Below, piece by piece: positions 30,661 to 39,068 of a DNA stretch of 64,000 nt. Source of the stretch: an uncultured delta proteobacterium (GTDB lineage: Bacteria; Myxococcota_A; Polyangia; Polyangiales; Houyiibacteriaceae); contig CAVOVB010000001.1 of assembly GCA_963699755.1 (NCBI GenBank), positions 160,001 to 224,000 of the forward strand. The letters are read 5' to 3'. The notes below the pieces were generated by a model. The model did not search any database and had not been told where the DNA came from. It saw nothing but the letters and a program-made list of their open reading frames with translations. A program made the translations under genes and the position numbers. Position 1 is the stretch's first letter, and the number at the start of each line of letters is the position of its first letter.

Positions 30661-30780
30661 CATGCGCGGCAGCGCGAGCCCGAAGGGCGAAGCCCGGTGC
30701 GAATGCGCCGGCAAGGCAGAGCGAAGCGAATGCCGCGCTGGGGAGCGTGACGGGTGGGGGGCGGGCGAGGCGGTGTCAAC
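30661..30780 (+). repeat. Structured dispersed repeat, copy 1
   Basis: Shares CATGCGCGGCAGCGCGAGC, GCGAAGCCCGG, GCGAAGCG, GGGAG and ACGGGTGGGGG blocks with 52337-52450. Confidence 0.85.
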
Positions 30781-30879
30781 GAGCCGTACGACGCGACCCA
30801 CCCAAGATCCGACCCCCAAACACCCGCGGCAGCCGAGCCGTTCGACGTAGCCCGTGTCGCGCTTTTTTCCGCGCCCCGG

Positions 30880-32145
30880 TTAAAGCTCGAAGTCCCCGTA
30901 CTCGAGAATCTCAGCGATCCGGTACAAGAACCCATTGGCATGCACCCCATCGACGACACGATGGTCGTAGGTCAGCGCCATGTGCATGACCGGGTGAATC
31001 GCCATGACATCTTCGCCCTCGTGCTCGATCACTACCACGCGTTTCTTGATTGTGCCGAGACGGAGGATTGCGACGTTGGGCTGTGAGATGATCGCGCCGC
31101 CAACCAGGTTGCCCCGGCGGCCTGGGTTAGAGATCGTGAACGTCTTGCCGGCAAGGTCGTTCGGCGTGAGGTTGCCCGAGCGTGCTCGCTCGGCGACATC
31201 AGCCACGGCACGGGCGACGCCTCGAATCGTTAGGTCGTCGGTGTTTCGAATCACGGGCACGACCAGGCCTTCATCGGTGTCGACCGCGATGCCAACGTTG
31301 ACCTCGGCTAGCTTGACAAACGCGTCATCGAGGACACGCGAGTTGATTTCCGGGAACTCGCGCAGAGCCCGAGCTGTCGCCGCGATCGCGAAGGCGAGGT
31401 AGGTGAGGTTGACGCCTTCCTTCTTGAAGTGCGATTTGTGCTGGTCTCGCAGCATCGCGGTCCGATGAAGGTCACATTCGGCAAAGGTGACCACGTCGGG
31501 GGCGGTCTGCTTCGAGAAGACCATGTGGTCCGCAATGATTCGGCGGCGGCGGGTAAACGGGACGATCTCGTCGCCAGCCTTTGGAACATAGGGGGGCAGG
31601 CGAAACGCTCCAGATGGACCGGCACCTCGCGCGGGCGCTGGCGCGGGCCTAGCCGCAGGCGGTGATACGGCGGGCGGAGGAGGAGGCGCGGTCGCCATCC
31701 GTTCGGACCCGGGAGCGCTCGAGATCGCCGCCATCACGTCGTCATGCATGATTCGGCCGCTCTCGCCGGAGCCTTGGATACGGGCAAGGTCGACTTCTTT
31801 CTCCCGCGCGAGCTTTCGCACAGAGGGCGACGTCACCGGAGACGCGCCGCCATCGCTGGAGACCGGCCCCTGGTCGGCAACGGGTGCGGGGCCCGCGACG
31901 GCCTGGGCGTTCTCCTCGATCTCGCAGATCGGATCGCCGACCGCGATGATGTCGTCCTCGCCGGCGAGGAGCTGAGTCACGACTCCCGCGACGGGCGCCG
32001 GGAGCTCACTATCTGCCTTGTCGGTGAGAATCTCGACGAGCGGCTCGTCCTTGGCGACAGACTGTCCTACCGAGACGAGCCACTTGCCGATGGTGCCCTC
32101 TACGACGCTCTCTCCGAGCTGCGGCATCGTCACTTTGGTGGCCAT
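30880..32145 (-). CDS. 2-oxoacid dehydrogenase E2 dihydrolipoamide acyltransferase
   Basis: MPQLGESV...TDKA lipoyl domain; SPSVRKLARE PSBD; DHRVVDG catalytic motif. Confidence 0.93.
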   Translation of the reverse strand: MATKVTMPQLGESVVEGTIGKWLVSVGQSVAKDEPLVEILTDKADSELPAPVAGVVTQLLAGEDDIIAVGDPICEIEENAQAVAGPAPVADQGPVSSDGGASPVTSPSVRKLAREKEVDLARIQGSGESGRIMHDDVMAAISSAPGSERMATAPPPPPAVSPPAARPAPAPARGAGPSGAFRLPPYVPKAGDEIVPFTRRRRIIADHMVFSKQTAPDVVTFAECDLHRTAMLRDQHKSHFKKEGVNLTYLAFAIAATARALREFPEINSRVLDDAFVKLAEVNVGIAVDTDEGLVVPVIRNTDDLTIRGVARAVADVAERARSGNLTPNDLAGKTFTISNPGRRGNLVGGAIISQPNVAILRLGTIKKRVVVIEHEGEDVMAIHPVMHMALTYDHRVVDGVHANGFLYRIAEILEYGDFEL

Positions 32146-32280
32146 TGGAGCCGCACCATACCGCAAAACACCGGGTGCGGTAGCTCCTAGAGCGAGTTGC
32201 GGCGCACCTGGTTTTTTTCAGGTCACCAGACACCTACTTCGGACTAGTCTTGCTTCGCCACTCGGAGTAGAGTCCCGCGG

Positions 32281-32607
32281 ATGCTAGACGCGCTCGATAG
32301 GGAAGACAGGCTTCAACTCATGAGGTTCGTCTGCTCCTTCGCTTGGGCCGACCTCGAGATCACGGAACGTGAACGTGAGTTCATCGTTAAAATGGTGATT
32401 CGACTCGGCCTGGACGACGACGAGCAAGACCAGGTCGCAGAATGGCTCGAGGTTCCGCCCCGCGCCGACGACCTGGACCCCGCGGACATCCCTGCAGAGC
32501 ACCGGCAACTGTTCCTAGACGCGGCAAAGGCAATGATCCTCTCAGACGGCAACGTCGAAGAAGCCGAAGCTGAGAACCTGATCATCCTCGACCAACTGCT
32601 GCGCTAG
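32281..32607 (+). CDS. TerB-like (tellurite resistance/co-chaperone DjlA N-terminal fold) protein
   Basis: AWADLEITERE and SDGNVEEAE duplicated motifs. Confidence 0.8.
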   Translation: MLDALDREDRLQLMRFVCSFAWADLEITEREREFIVKMVIRLGLDDDEQDQVAEWLEVPPRADDLDPADIPAEHRQLFLDAAKAMILSDGNVEEAEAENLIILDQLLR

Positions 32608-32632
32608 CAGCTGTTCAGAGAGTGGATAAATC

Positions 32633-33460
32633 ATGGACATCGACGCAAACAAGTACATCGATCTATTGATGGAGCATGGCCCGAAGGTCTTGGGCGTTCT
32701 GCTCGCGCTATTTGTCGCATTCGTCCTCGCGAGCTGGGCAGAGCGAGGCGTACGCGCAACGCTGGAGAAGCGCAGCTTCGACGCGACCCTCACGCGCTTC
32801 TTCGCGAAGTTCGCTCGCTACCTGATTCTCGTCGGCGCTGTTCTCGGATGTCTCGGGGTGTTCGGCATTCAAACGGCGAGCTTCGCCGCAGTGTTGGCCG
32901 CTGCGGGCTTCGCCGTTGGCATGGCGTTCCAGGGCACACTCGGCAACTTCGCCGCGGGCATCATGCTTCTCGTTTTCCGGCCTTTCAAGGTCGGTGATTT
33001 CGTTGAAGTGAACGACAACACGGGCATCTGCGAGCACATCGATCTATTCACCTGCGAGTTCCGCACACTCGACAACCGAAAGCTGATCATCCCGAACGGC
33101 GCCGTCTTCGGGAGCACCATCACCAACTACACCGGATACGACATTCGCCGCGTCGACATCGATGTGGGCGCCGAGTACTCGGCGAACATCGACGCGACCC
33201 GCAAAGCCCTCGAAACTTCGGTGGCAAACGTTCCCGGCATGATCAAGGAGCCGACACCTCAGGTTTTCTTGAAGGGGCTCGGTAGCTCGTCGGTCGACTG
33301 GCAGGTCCGCGTCTGGTGCAAGACCGAAAACTACTGGGACGTCTGGCAGGCCACGGTTCGGGCTTGCAAGGTGTCGCTGGACGAAGCTGGCATCGGGATT
33401 CCCTTCCCGCAGCAGGATGTCCACCTCGACGAAGCCGTCATCAAGGCGCTTTCCAACTAG
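32633..33460 (+). CDS. mscS: Small-conductance mechanosensitive channel
   Basis: GIQTASFAAVL, AFQGTLGNFAAG, FRPFKVGD, IPN, GIGIPFPQ. Confidence 0.93.
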   Translation: MDIDANKYIDLLMEHGPKVLGVLLALFVAFVLASWAERGVRATLEKRSFDATLTRFFAKFARYLILVGAVLGCLGVFGIQTASFAAVLAAAGFAVGMAFQGTLGNFAAGIMLLVFRPFKVGDFVEVNDNTGICEHIDLFTCEFRTLDNRKLIIPNGAVFGSTITNYTGYDIRRVDIDVGAEYSANIDATRKALETSVANVPGMIKEPTPQVFLKGLGSSSVDWQVRVWCKTENYWDVWQATVRACKVSLDEAGIGIPFPQQDVHLDEAVIKALSN

Positions 33461-33502
33461 CCGGCCACCTGGGGTCCGGCCGCTGCCAAGTCGGCAAGAT
33501 CA

Positions 33503-34654
33503 TCAAGCGCACGGGTGGAGGAGCTCCGAAACGGCAGGGCGCGCAGCGGCAAGGCTCGCGCCCTGGCTGACGACCTCCATCGGGTTCAAATCCGAGCGGG
33601 GACGTTTGCCGAAGTACGACTCGACGTACTGGACGAGTCCCGGAAGACGTGTGGTGCCCCCGGCCAAGAAGACCGCCTGCATATCCCGTGCTTTCAAGCG
33701 CGCCTGGGCCAAAACCTCATCGCAGGTCACGAAGGTGGAGCGCACAAGGTCGAGAGTGAGCTGTTGCACCTCGTCACGCGTGATCGGAATGATGCCGCAG
33801 CTCTCGGGGGCCGCCGGGTCGACGCTTGGAATCGCGATTGCGGCCTGCTCGGACTCGCTGAGCTCGCACTTCGCCAGCTCGCACGCATGGACAAGGCGAT
33901 CGAAAGTCACGGCGTCGTTCGAGAGGTCCCAACCGTCGCGCGCAAGCGTCCGGTCCGCCACGTAGAGCGCAATGGTCCGGTCGACGTCGTCGCCGCCGAG
34001 GTATGGATCGCCTCCGTGGCCGATTACGCGGAACGGGTAGCTGCTGCAATCGACCACCGCCGCATCGAAGGTGCCGCCACCCAAGTCATAGACGAAGGCA
34101 TACTTCAAGCTGCTGCGATTCAAGTACGCAAGCGCCGTCGCGATCGGCTCCTCGATGATCCGGACCGACGCAAAACGGGCAGATGCAACGGCACTCGCGG
34201 TCGCATCGCGGCGGTGCTGGTCAAAGCCCACAGGTGCGGTGACGACGGCGTGTACCTCCTCCACGGGACACTTGGTGAGCTGGCACAAGCCTCTCACGAC
34301 GGTGCCCCCGATTTGGACGGGCGTGATCACCCCGGCCCGGGTCTTGAAAGCGACTCCACCGTCTGGAGTTTCGATCAGATCGTAGGGGTAGTGCTCGCGG
34401 AACTGTTTGGTATACGACGAGCGCCAGCGCGCACCGATGATACGCTTGGCGGAGAGAATCGTGTGCTTCGGGTCGATTGCCCGCCGGCGCCGCGCAGGCT
34501 GGCCGACCAAGGTCGCCCCACTGGGTGGAAAGGCCACGGCAGACGGCATGACACAGCCGCCGCCTTTCATCTGCAGCGCCTCGAAGTTCCTGGCGATCAC
34601 CGTGTTGGTGGTACCAAGATCGATTCCTACGGTTTCTTTCCTGCGCACGGCCAT
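33503..34654 (-). CDS. Hsp70-family protein, nucleotide-binding domain only
   Basis: GIDLGTTN, EEP.ATALAY, DLGGGTFD, LGGDDVD, LAGGTTRLP. Ends right after the NBD. Confidence 0.9.
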   Translation of the reverse strand: MAVRRKETVGIDLGTTNTVIARNFEALQMKGGGCVMPSAVAFPPSGATLVGQPARRRRAIDPKHTILSAKRIIGARWRSSYTKQFREHYPYDLIETPDGGVAFKTRAGVITPVQIGGTVVRGLCQLTKCPVEEVHAVVTAPVGFDQHRRDATASAVASARFASVRIIEEPIATALAYLNRSSLKYAFVYDLGGGTFDAAVVDCSSYPFRVIGHGGDPYLGGDDVDRTIALYVADRTLARDGWDLSNDAVTFDRLVHACELAKCELSESEQAAIAIPSVDPAAPESCGIIPITRDEVQQLTLDLVRSTFVTCDEVLAQARLKARDMQAVFLAGGTTRLPGLVQYVESYFGKRPRSDLNPMEVVSQGASLAAARPAVSELLHPCA

Positions 34655-34795
34655 CGGCGCCCGGGTATCTGGGGTCTAAGATGATCGAGGTTCAATGGGG
34701 GGATTGGCCTCGTTGAAATAACCAGGCTACGTGATTCACCGCCTCGCTGCCACAGTGAGTTCGTCGACTGGACCGGCTGGCGTCGCTGCTCTAGA

Positions 34796-34810
34796 GTGAA
34801 ACACGTTCTA
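34796..34810 (+). promoter_or_regulatory. KstR-type operator GTGAAACACGTTCTA upstream of the KshB-like reductase
   Basis: Fits TnnAACnnGTTnnA; identical 15-mer at 37401-37415 (minus); 17 nt before the ATG. Confidence 0.75.
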
Positions 34811-34827
34811 GTTGGAGGCTTCAAGGG

Positions 34828-35883
34828 ATGCCCGCGGAGTTCTATAAGCTTCAAGTAGCAGGAATCGTTCAGGAAACTCACGACACGCGCTCCTTTATCT
34901 TCGCCGTGCCGGGATCTCTGCGCGAAACGTTTCGCTATCGCGCGGGTCAGTTCCTGACATTCGAGGTCCCATGGGATGGCATGCAGTTGCACCGCTGCTA
35001 CTCGCTTTCGAGCGCGCCAGAGGCCGATCCTTGGCCCAAGGTGACCGTCAAGAGGGTCGACGACGGGCGCGTGTCGAACTGGTTCAATGACAGCGTTCAG
35101 GTCGGGGATACCATTGGGGTGCAGCCACCTGAAGGCCGTTTTGTGATGCGGTCGAACGAAGGGAGTCACGGCATCGTCCTTTTTGGAGGAGGGAGCGGAG
35201 TGACTCCGGTCCTGTCGATTCTGAAGTCCGCGCTGCGCACCACCCAACGCAGCGTCAAGCTGGTCTATGCCAACCGCGACGAGCGCTCGATCATCTTCAA
35301 AGACGAGATTGATCTTTGGCTGGCTGAGTTCCCGAACCGCTTCGAAGTCGTGCACCATCTCGACAGCGTGAGCGGCTTCATGTCGGTCGCCGAGATTCGA
35401 GAACAGATTAGCGGCTGGGAAGACGCGGAGTTCTTCGTCTGTGGGCCGACCGGATACATGGATGCGGTCGAAGAAGCCTTCAAAGCCTCTGAGATCGACC
35501 CCGGGCAAACCAAGTTCGAGCGCTTCATCTCGCCGATCGATCCGGACCGCAAAGACGAATCGGAGGCGGTCATTGCAGAGCAGTCGGACGACGAGATTCC
35601 CGAGTCGTTCCAGATGTTGCTCGAGGGGCGGACTCACAAGGTGCCCTACGAGAAGGGCCTGACCCTGCTCGAATCTGCAATCAAGGCTGGACACAAGCCC
35701 CCCTCCTCTTGCGAGGACGGCTATTGCGGCTGCTGCATGGCGCTACTCAAGAGCGGCAAGGTCAACATGGCCAACCACGACGCGCTCGAGCCTAGCGACA
35801 TCGACCGCGGCTGGGTCCTAGCCTGCCAGGCCCGCCCCGCCAGCCGAGAGCCCCTCGAGGTCGACTTTGACGCGGAGTACTAG
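34828..35883 (+). CDS. FAD/NAD-binding 2Fe-2S oxygenase reductase (KshB/PaaE-like)
   Basis: RCYSLSS, GGSGVTP, VCGP, ERF, SCEDGYCGCC, LACQ. Confidence 0.9.
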   Translation: MPAEFYKLQVAGIVQETHDTRSFIFAVPGSLRETFRYRAGQFLTFEVPWDGMQLHRCYSLSSAPEADPWPKVTVKRVDDGRVSNWFNDSVQVGDTIGVQPPEGRFVMRSNEGSHGIVLFGGGSGVTPVLSILKSALRTTQRSVKLVYANRDERSIIFKDEIDLWLAEFPNRFEVVHHLDSVSGFMSVAEIREQISGWEDAEFFVCGPTGYMDAVEEAFKASEIDPGQTKFERFISPIDPDRKDESEAVIAEQSDDEIPESFQMLLEGRTHKVPYEKGLTLLESAIKAGHKPPSSCEDGYCGCCMALLKSGKVNMANHDALEPSDIDRGWVLACQARPASREPLEVDFDAEY

Positions 35884-36425
35884 AGCAGATCGGCTGACGG
35901 CCGCTGACGGTCGGGCCAATCCCAGAAAGACGTCTTTCCGATCGTCCAATCAGGACCAGTGCCCCAGTCTTTGCGGGTGCGCTTGTTCCTGTGGTCTGGG
36001 TCGTGCTTCTTGAGCGCTTTGCTGTAGTCCTGCCACTGTTGGATCCCGAGCTTCTCGGCCCAGTAGTCTTCTTCGGACGACCATTGATTGTTGCCCGCGT
36101 ATTGCAAGACCGTGATGCCTGGAAAGTCCAGGGCACCCTCTCCACCTGGATGATCGCGCCGGTTGATCATGCGGAACACGACTCGGCCACTGGGGTCGGC
36201 CATGTGCCAGTTGTAGACCCCATAGATCTCGCCGTACTGCTCCATGAGAGGGACGATCCAATTACGAACCGTCTCGCGACCGTGCATGGTCCCGAGAACG
36301 CGCTCGAGATAGACGACGTCTTCGGTGAAGAGGTCTGCCCAAGCGTTCCAGTCCTCGCGGATCATCCCGGTGTGCCAGAAGTGTCGGAATGCGTCTTCGA
36401 CCTCGCTGAGATCAAAGGTCTGCAC
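35880..36425 (-). CDS. NTF2/SnoaL-like protein
   Basis: DWNAWADLFTEDVVY...GRETVR...EEDYW. TAGTG overlap with the Rieske gene. Confidence 0.82.
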   Translation of the reverse strand: MQTFDLSEVEDAFRHFWHTGMIREDWNAWADLFTEDVVYLERVLGTMHGRETVRNWIVPLMEQYGEIYGVYNWHMADPSGRVVFRMINRRDHPGGEGALDFPGITVLQYAGNNQWSSEEDYWAEKLGIQQWQDYSKALKKHDPDHRNKRTRKDWGTGPDWTIGKTSFWDWPDRQRPSADLL

Positions 36426-37390
36426 TATTCCGCTGCCTCTTCGCCCGCGGGGTACGAATAGAATTGCGTGCACCAGCGGCGGAAGAGTGCGATCGGACCG
36501 TCCCCGTCGCAAAGGAGAGGCCTCTCATACTGGACCTTGTTTTCCCAGATCGGAATGTCCTGCTCGAGTTGCCGCGTCACCTCTGCGACAAAGGCTTTTC
36601 CGACTCCGCGCGCCATTTCCGCGCCGGCGGTCTTCTTCACGCTGAAGTTGAAGCGGAGCTGGCAGTGGTCGGCGTCGATCGGCGTAGTGGACGCGACGTT
36701 GAGCGTTTCGACGATGCCCTGAAAGCGAACGATGGCGAGGCCGAATCCGTAGTTGAGGCTTTCGATCGAGCCTTCCACCGTGCCGCGAGGGGTCTCCATT
36801 CCTGCGTCGGAGTACACGCGCAGGATCGGTCCATCGGCCGAAGCCTCTGACTTCGGCATGTTGGTCGTGCCGTGCAAGTAGTGAAAGTGCGCCGTGTCGA
36901 CGGCGTTCTCAGCCATCTCCTGATTTCGCGTTCGAATCGTCCACTCACGACGGACGAACTCGGTCCAGTCGTCGTCACCCCACTCAGGGATCTCGTCGGG
37001 AATCTCGAAAGTCGGGGGCTCTCCGTCGGCGTGATGCCAGCACATCACCATATTGGCGAGCTCCTTGATGTGCCAGGTCGAGAGCTTGGCTTTGCGCGGA
37101 ACATGCTCCGCATACGGGACCGCAGTGCACTTACCGTTCGTTCCGAACTGCCAAGCGTGGAACGGGCACTCGATGGAGCTCCCCTTGACTTTGCCTCCAT
37201 GACCGAGGTGCGCACCAAGGTGGGGACAGAAGGCGTCGAGCACCGAAAGCTCGCCCTCTTCAGAGCGCCAGATGACGAGATCCTTGCCGAAGTACTTCAG
37301 TGGTTTGACGTCTCCTGGCTTGATCTCGTCCGAGTAAGCGATTTGGAACCAACCGTTCGGGATCGGCGGCGTGAAATAGCGATCGTCCAT
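36425..37390 (-). CDS. Steroid-type Rieske monooxygenase (KshA / Neverland-DAF-36 family)
   Basis: PNGW, CPHLGAHL, CPFHAW, ENAVDTAHFHYLH, QDIPIWENK, DGPIALFRRWCTQFY. Confidence 0.88.
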   Translation of the reverse strand: MDDRYFTPPIPNGWFQIAYSDEIKPGDVKPLKYFGKDLVIWRSEEGELSVLDAFCPHLGAHLGHGGKVKGSSIECPFHAWQFGTNGKCTAVPYAEHVPRKAKLSTWHIKELANMVMCWHHADGEPPTFEIPDEIPEWGDDDWTEFVRREWTIRTRNQEMAENAVDTAHFHYLHGTTNMPKSEASADGPILRVYSDAGMETPRGTVEGSIESLNYGFGLAIVRFQGIVETLNVASTTPIDADHCQLRFNFSVKKTAGAEMARGVGKAFVAEVTRQLEQDIPIWENKVQYERPLLCDGDGPIALFRRWCTQFYSYPAGEEAAE

Positions 37391-37400
37391 CCGCCAAAAA

Positions 37401-37415
37401 TAGAACGTGTTTCAC
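37401..37415 (-). promoter_or_regulatory. KstR-type operator GTGAAACACGTTCTA upstream of the KshA-like oxygenase
   Basis: Plus strand TAGAACGTGTTTCAC is the exact reverse complement of 34796-34810; 10 nt before the ATG. Confidence 0.75.
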
Positions 37416-37479
37416 CGATTTCAAGTCGAAACCTGCGCGGAGGGCCCTCGGGTGCTACCTGCCTGGCCGGAGGAAAGCC

Positions 37480-37941
37480 ATGTCGAGCATCGGCGTGGGG
37501 ATGAGCGCCCCAGACTTCACAAGGACCACCCAGACCGGCGACACCATCTCGCTCTCGCAGTTTCGCGGGGAGAAGACCGTGGTGCTCTACTTCTACCCGA
37601 AGGACGAGACCCCCGGATGCACCGCCGAGGCCTGCACGTTCCGCGACAATTTCGAGGACTTCGTCGAGGCGGGCGCGGTGGTCATCGGCGTCAGCCAGGA
37701 CAGCGAGGAGAGCCACCAGCGCTTTGCATCACATCACCGTCTTCCGTTTCTGCTCGTGAGCGATCGTGACAAAGCATTGCAGAAAGCCTACGGCGTGCCC
37801 AAAACGATGGGCCTGCTCCCGGGGCGTGTCACCTACGTCATCGACCGAGACGGCACCGTGCAACACGTCTTCAATTCGCAGCTCAACGCGAAGAAGCACG
37901 TCCGCGAAGCACTCGAGGTTGTCAAGCGACTCGCCGCCTGA
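37480..37941 (+). CDS. bcp: Peroxiredoxin Q/BCP
   Basis: YFYPKDETPGCTAEACTFRD. Confidence 0.92.
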   Translation: MSSIGVGMSAPDFTRTTQTGDTISLSQFRGEKTVVLYFYPKDETPGCTAEACTFRDNFEDFVEAGAVVIGVSQDSEESHQRFASHHRLPFLLVSDRDKALQKAYGVPKTMGLLPGRVTYVIDRDGTVQHVFNSQLNAKKHVREALEVVKRLAA

Positions 37942-39034
37942 AGCGGCGCGCTACCGCGAACAGGAGCAGTCCCAAGATTCCGGCAAGCGGGCCGGGCGAG
38001 CCCGTCGATGCGTTGCATCCCGCGTTCCTTGGCGAAACCGTGCCGCTGCCTCCAGATGGTAAGGGAGCAGAACCGCAGGGCGCGCCACCACAGGCTTTGG
38101 GGCCGCAGAGCGCCTCCGTCTGCCAGCCGCCTTCGCACAAGCTCGCGACAATCGGGGCGATGTTGTGGACCAACTCTCCTGCCTGGGCGTCCTGGTAGAC
38201 CTGAACCCGGCGACAGTTTTCGCCTTCCGCGAAGGCATAGTCGGGAGTCCGGCCTCCGATCAGAATGCCAGCGAGACGATTCTCAGAATCAAAGGTCGCG
38301 CTGCCGGAATGCCCCTGGAACGCGTCGAGATTGGCGACGAAGAAATCGAGCGTGTCGGCGCGCGGGTCGGCCACCGACGCGCCGGAGTCGATCTTGGCAG
38401 GCAGCCCACTGCCGAAGCCGATCATCGCGAGGGCTTCTCGTTCGGCGAGCGCCGTTGCCGGTCGGATGACCGCTGGCGCCTGGTCGCCTTCAACCGGTCG
38501 GTCGAGTTGGATGATGGCGAAGTCCGGCGTGTACTCATTGGCCGGCGCACTCTGCTGAGAAACGACTCGCCTGCAGCTGTAGACGTCTTCATCGCGAATT
38601 GCCGCGAGGCCGTTCGGCCGGTCGTAGTAGTAGTTGAATACGTACGAATAGGCATCGCATGGCGTGTGATCATCGACACAGTGACCGGCCGTCAGAACTA
38701 GGTCATCGTCAATGAGCACACCCGAGCAAGCCGCGGCGGTCGGTTGTTCGCCAAAGAGCTCGCCTTCGCAGAGGCCTCGCAGATCGTTCAACGACTCGGT
38801 GAAGAGGCTGTAGGTGCCATTCGGCTCCCGGCTGATTCGAAAGCTGGGGATCAAAGCTACGATCGACTGCCGGGCGATGTCCCGGAGCTCAGGGTCGGGA
38901 TGGCTGAACACCTCCACTCGGTCGTCCGCCCCGTAGACGACCGAAGCGGTCGCATCCGCGACGAGAGTGTCGTCGGGAGACCCGCAGGCCGTGATGACCC
39001 CCAAGATCAAACCTAAGCAACTGCGTGCACGCAT
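37922..39034 (-). CDS. Trypsin-like serine protease lipoprotein with MYXO-CTERM-like tail
   Basis: Lipobox ITAC; LTAGHC, DFAII, GHSGS; tail GC...LAGILGLLLFAVARRFRRR. Confidence 0.88.
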   Translation of the reverse strand: MRARSCLGLILGVITACGSPDDTLVADATASVVYGADDRVEVFSHPDPELRDIARQSIVALIPSFRISREPNGTYSLFTESLNDLRGLCEGELFGEQPTAAACSGVLIDDDLVLTAGHCVDDHTPCDAYSYVFNYYYDRPNGLAAIRDEDVYSCRRVVSQQSAPANEYTPDFAIIQLDRPVEGDQAPAVIRPATALAEREALAMIGFGSGLPAKIDSGASVADPRADTLDFFVANLDAFQGHSGSATFDSENRLAGILIGGRTPDYAFAEGENCRRVQVYQDAQAGELVHNIAPIVASLCEGGWQTEALCGPKACGGAPCGSAPLPSGGSGTVSPRNAGCNASTGSPGPLAGILGLLLFAVARRFRRRVA

Positions 39035-39068
39035 GTTCTTTCTACCTAAGGCTAAATCGAGCCGGAAG

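Noticed and set aside
31600..31700. Pro/Ala-rich low-complexity stretch
   Set aside because: Ordinary flexible linker of the E2 protein.
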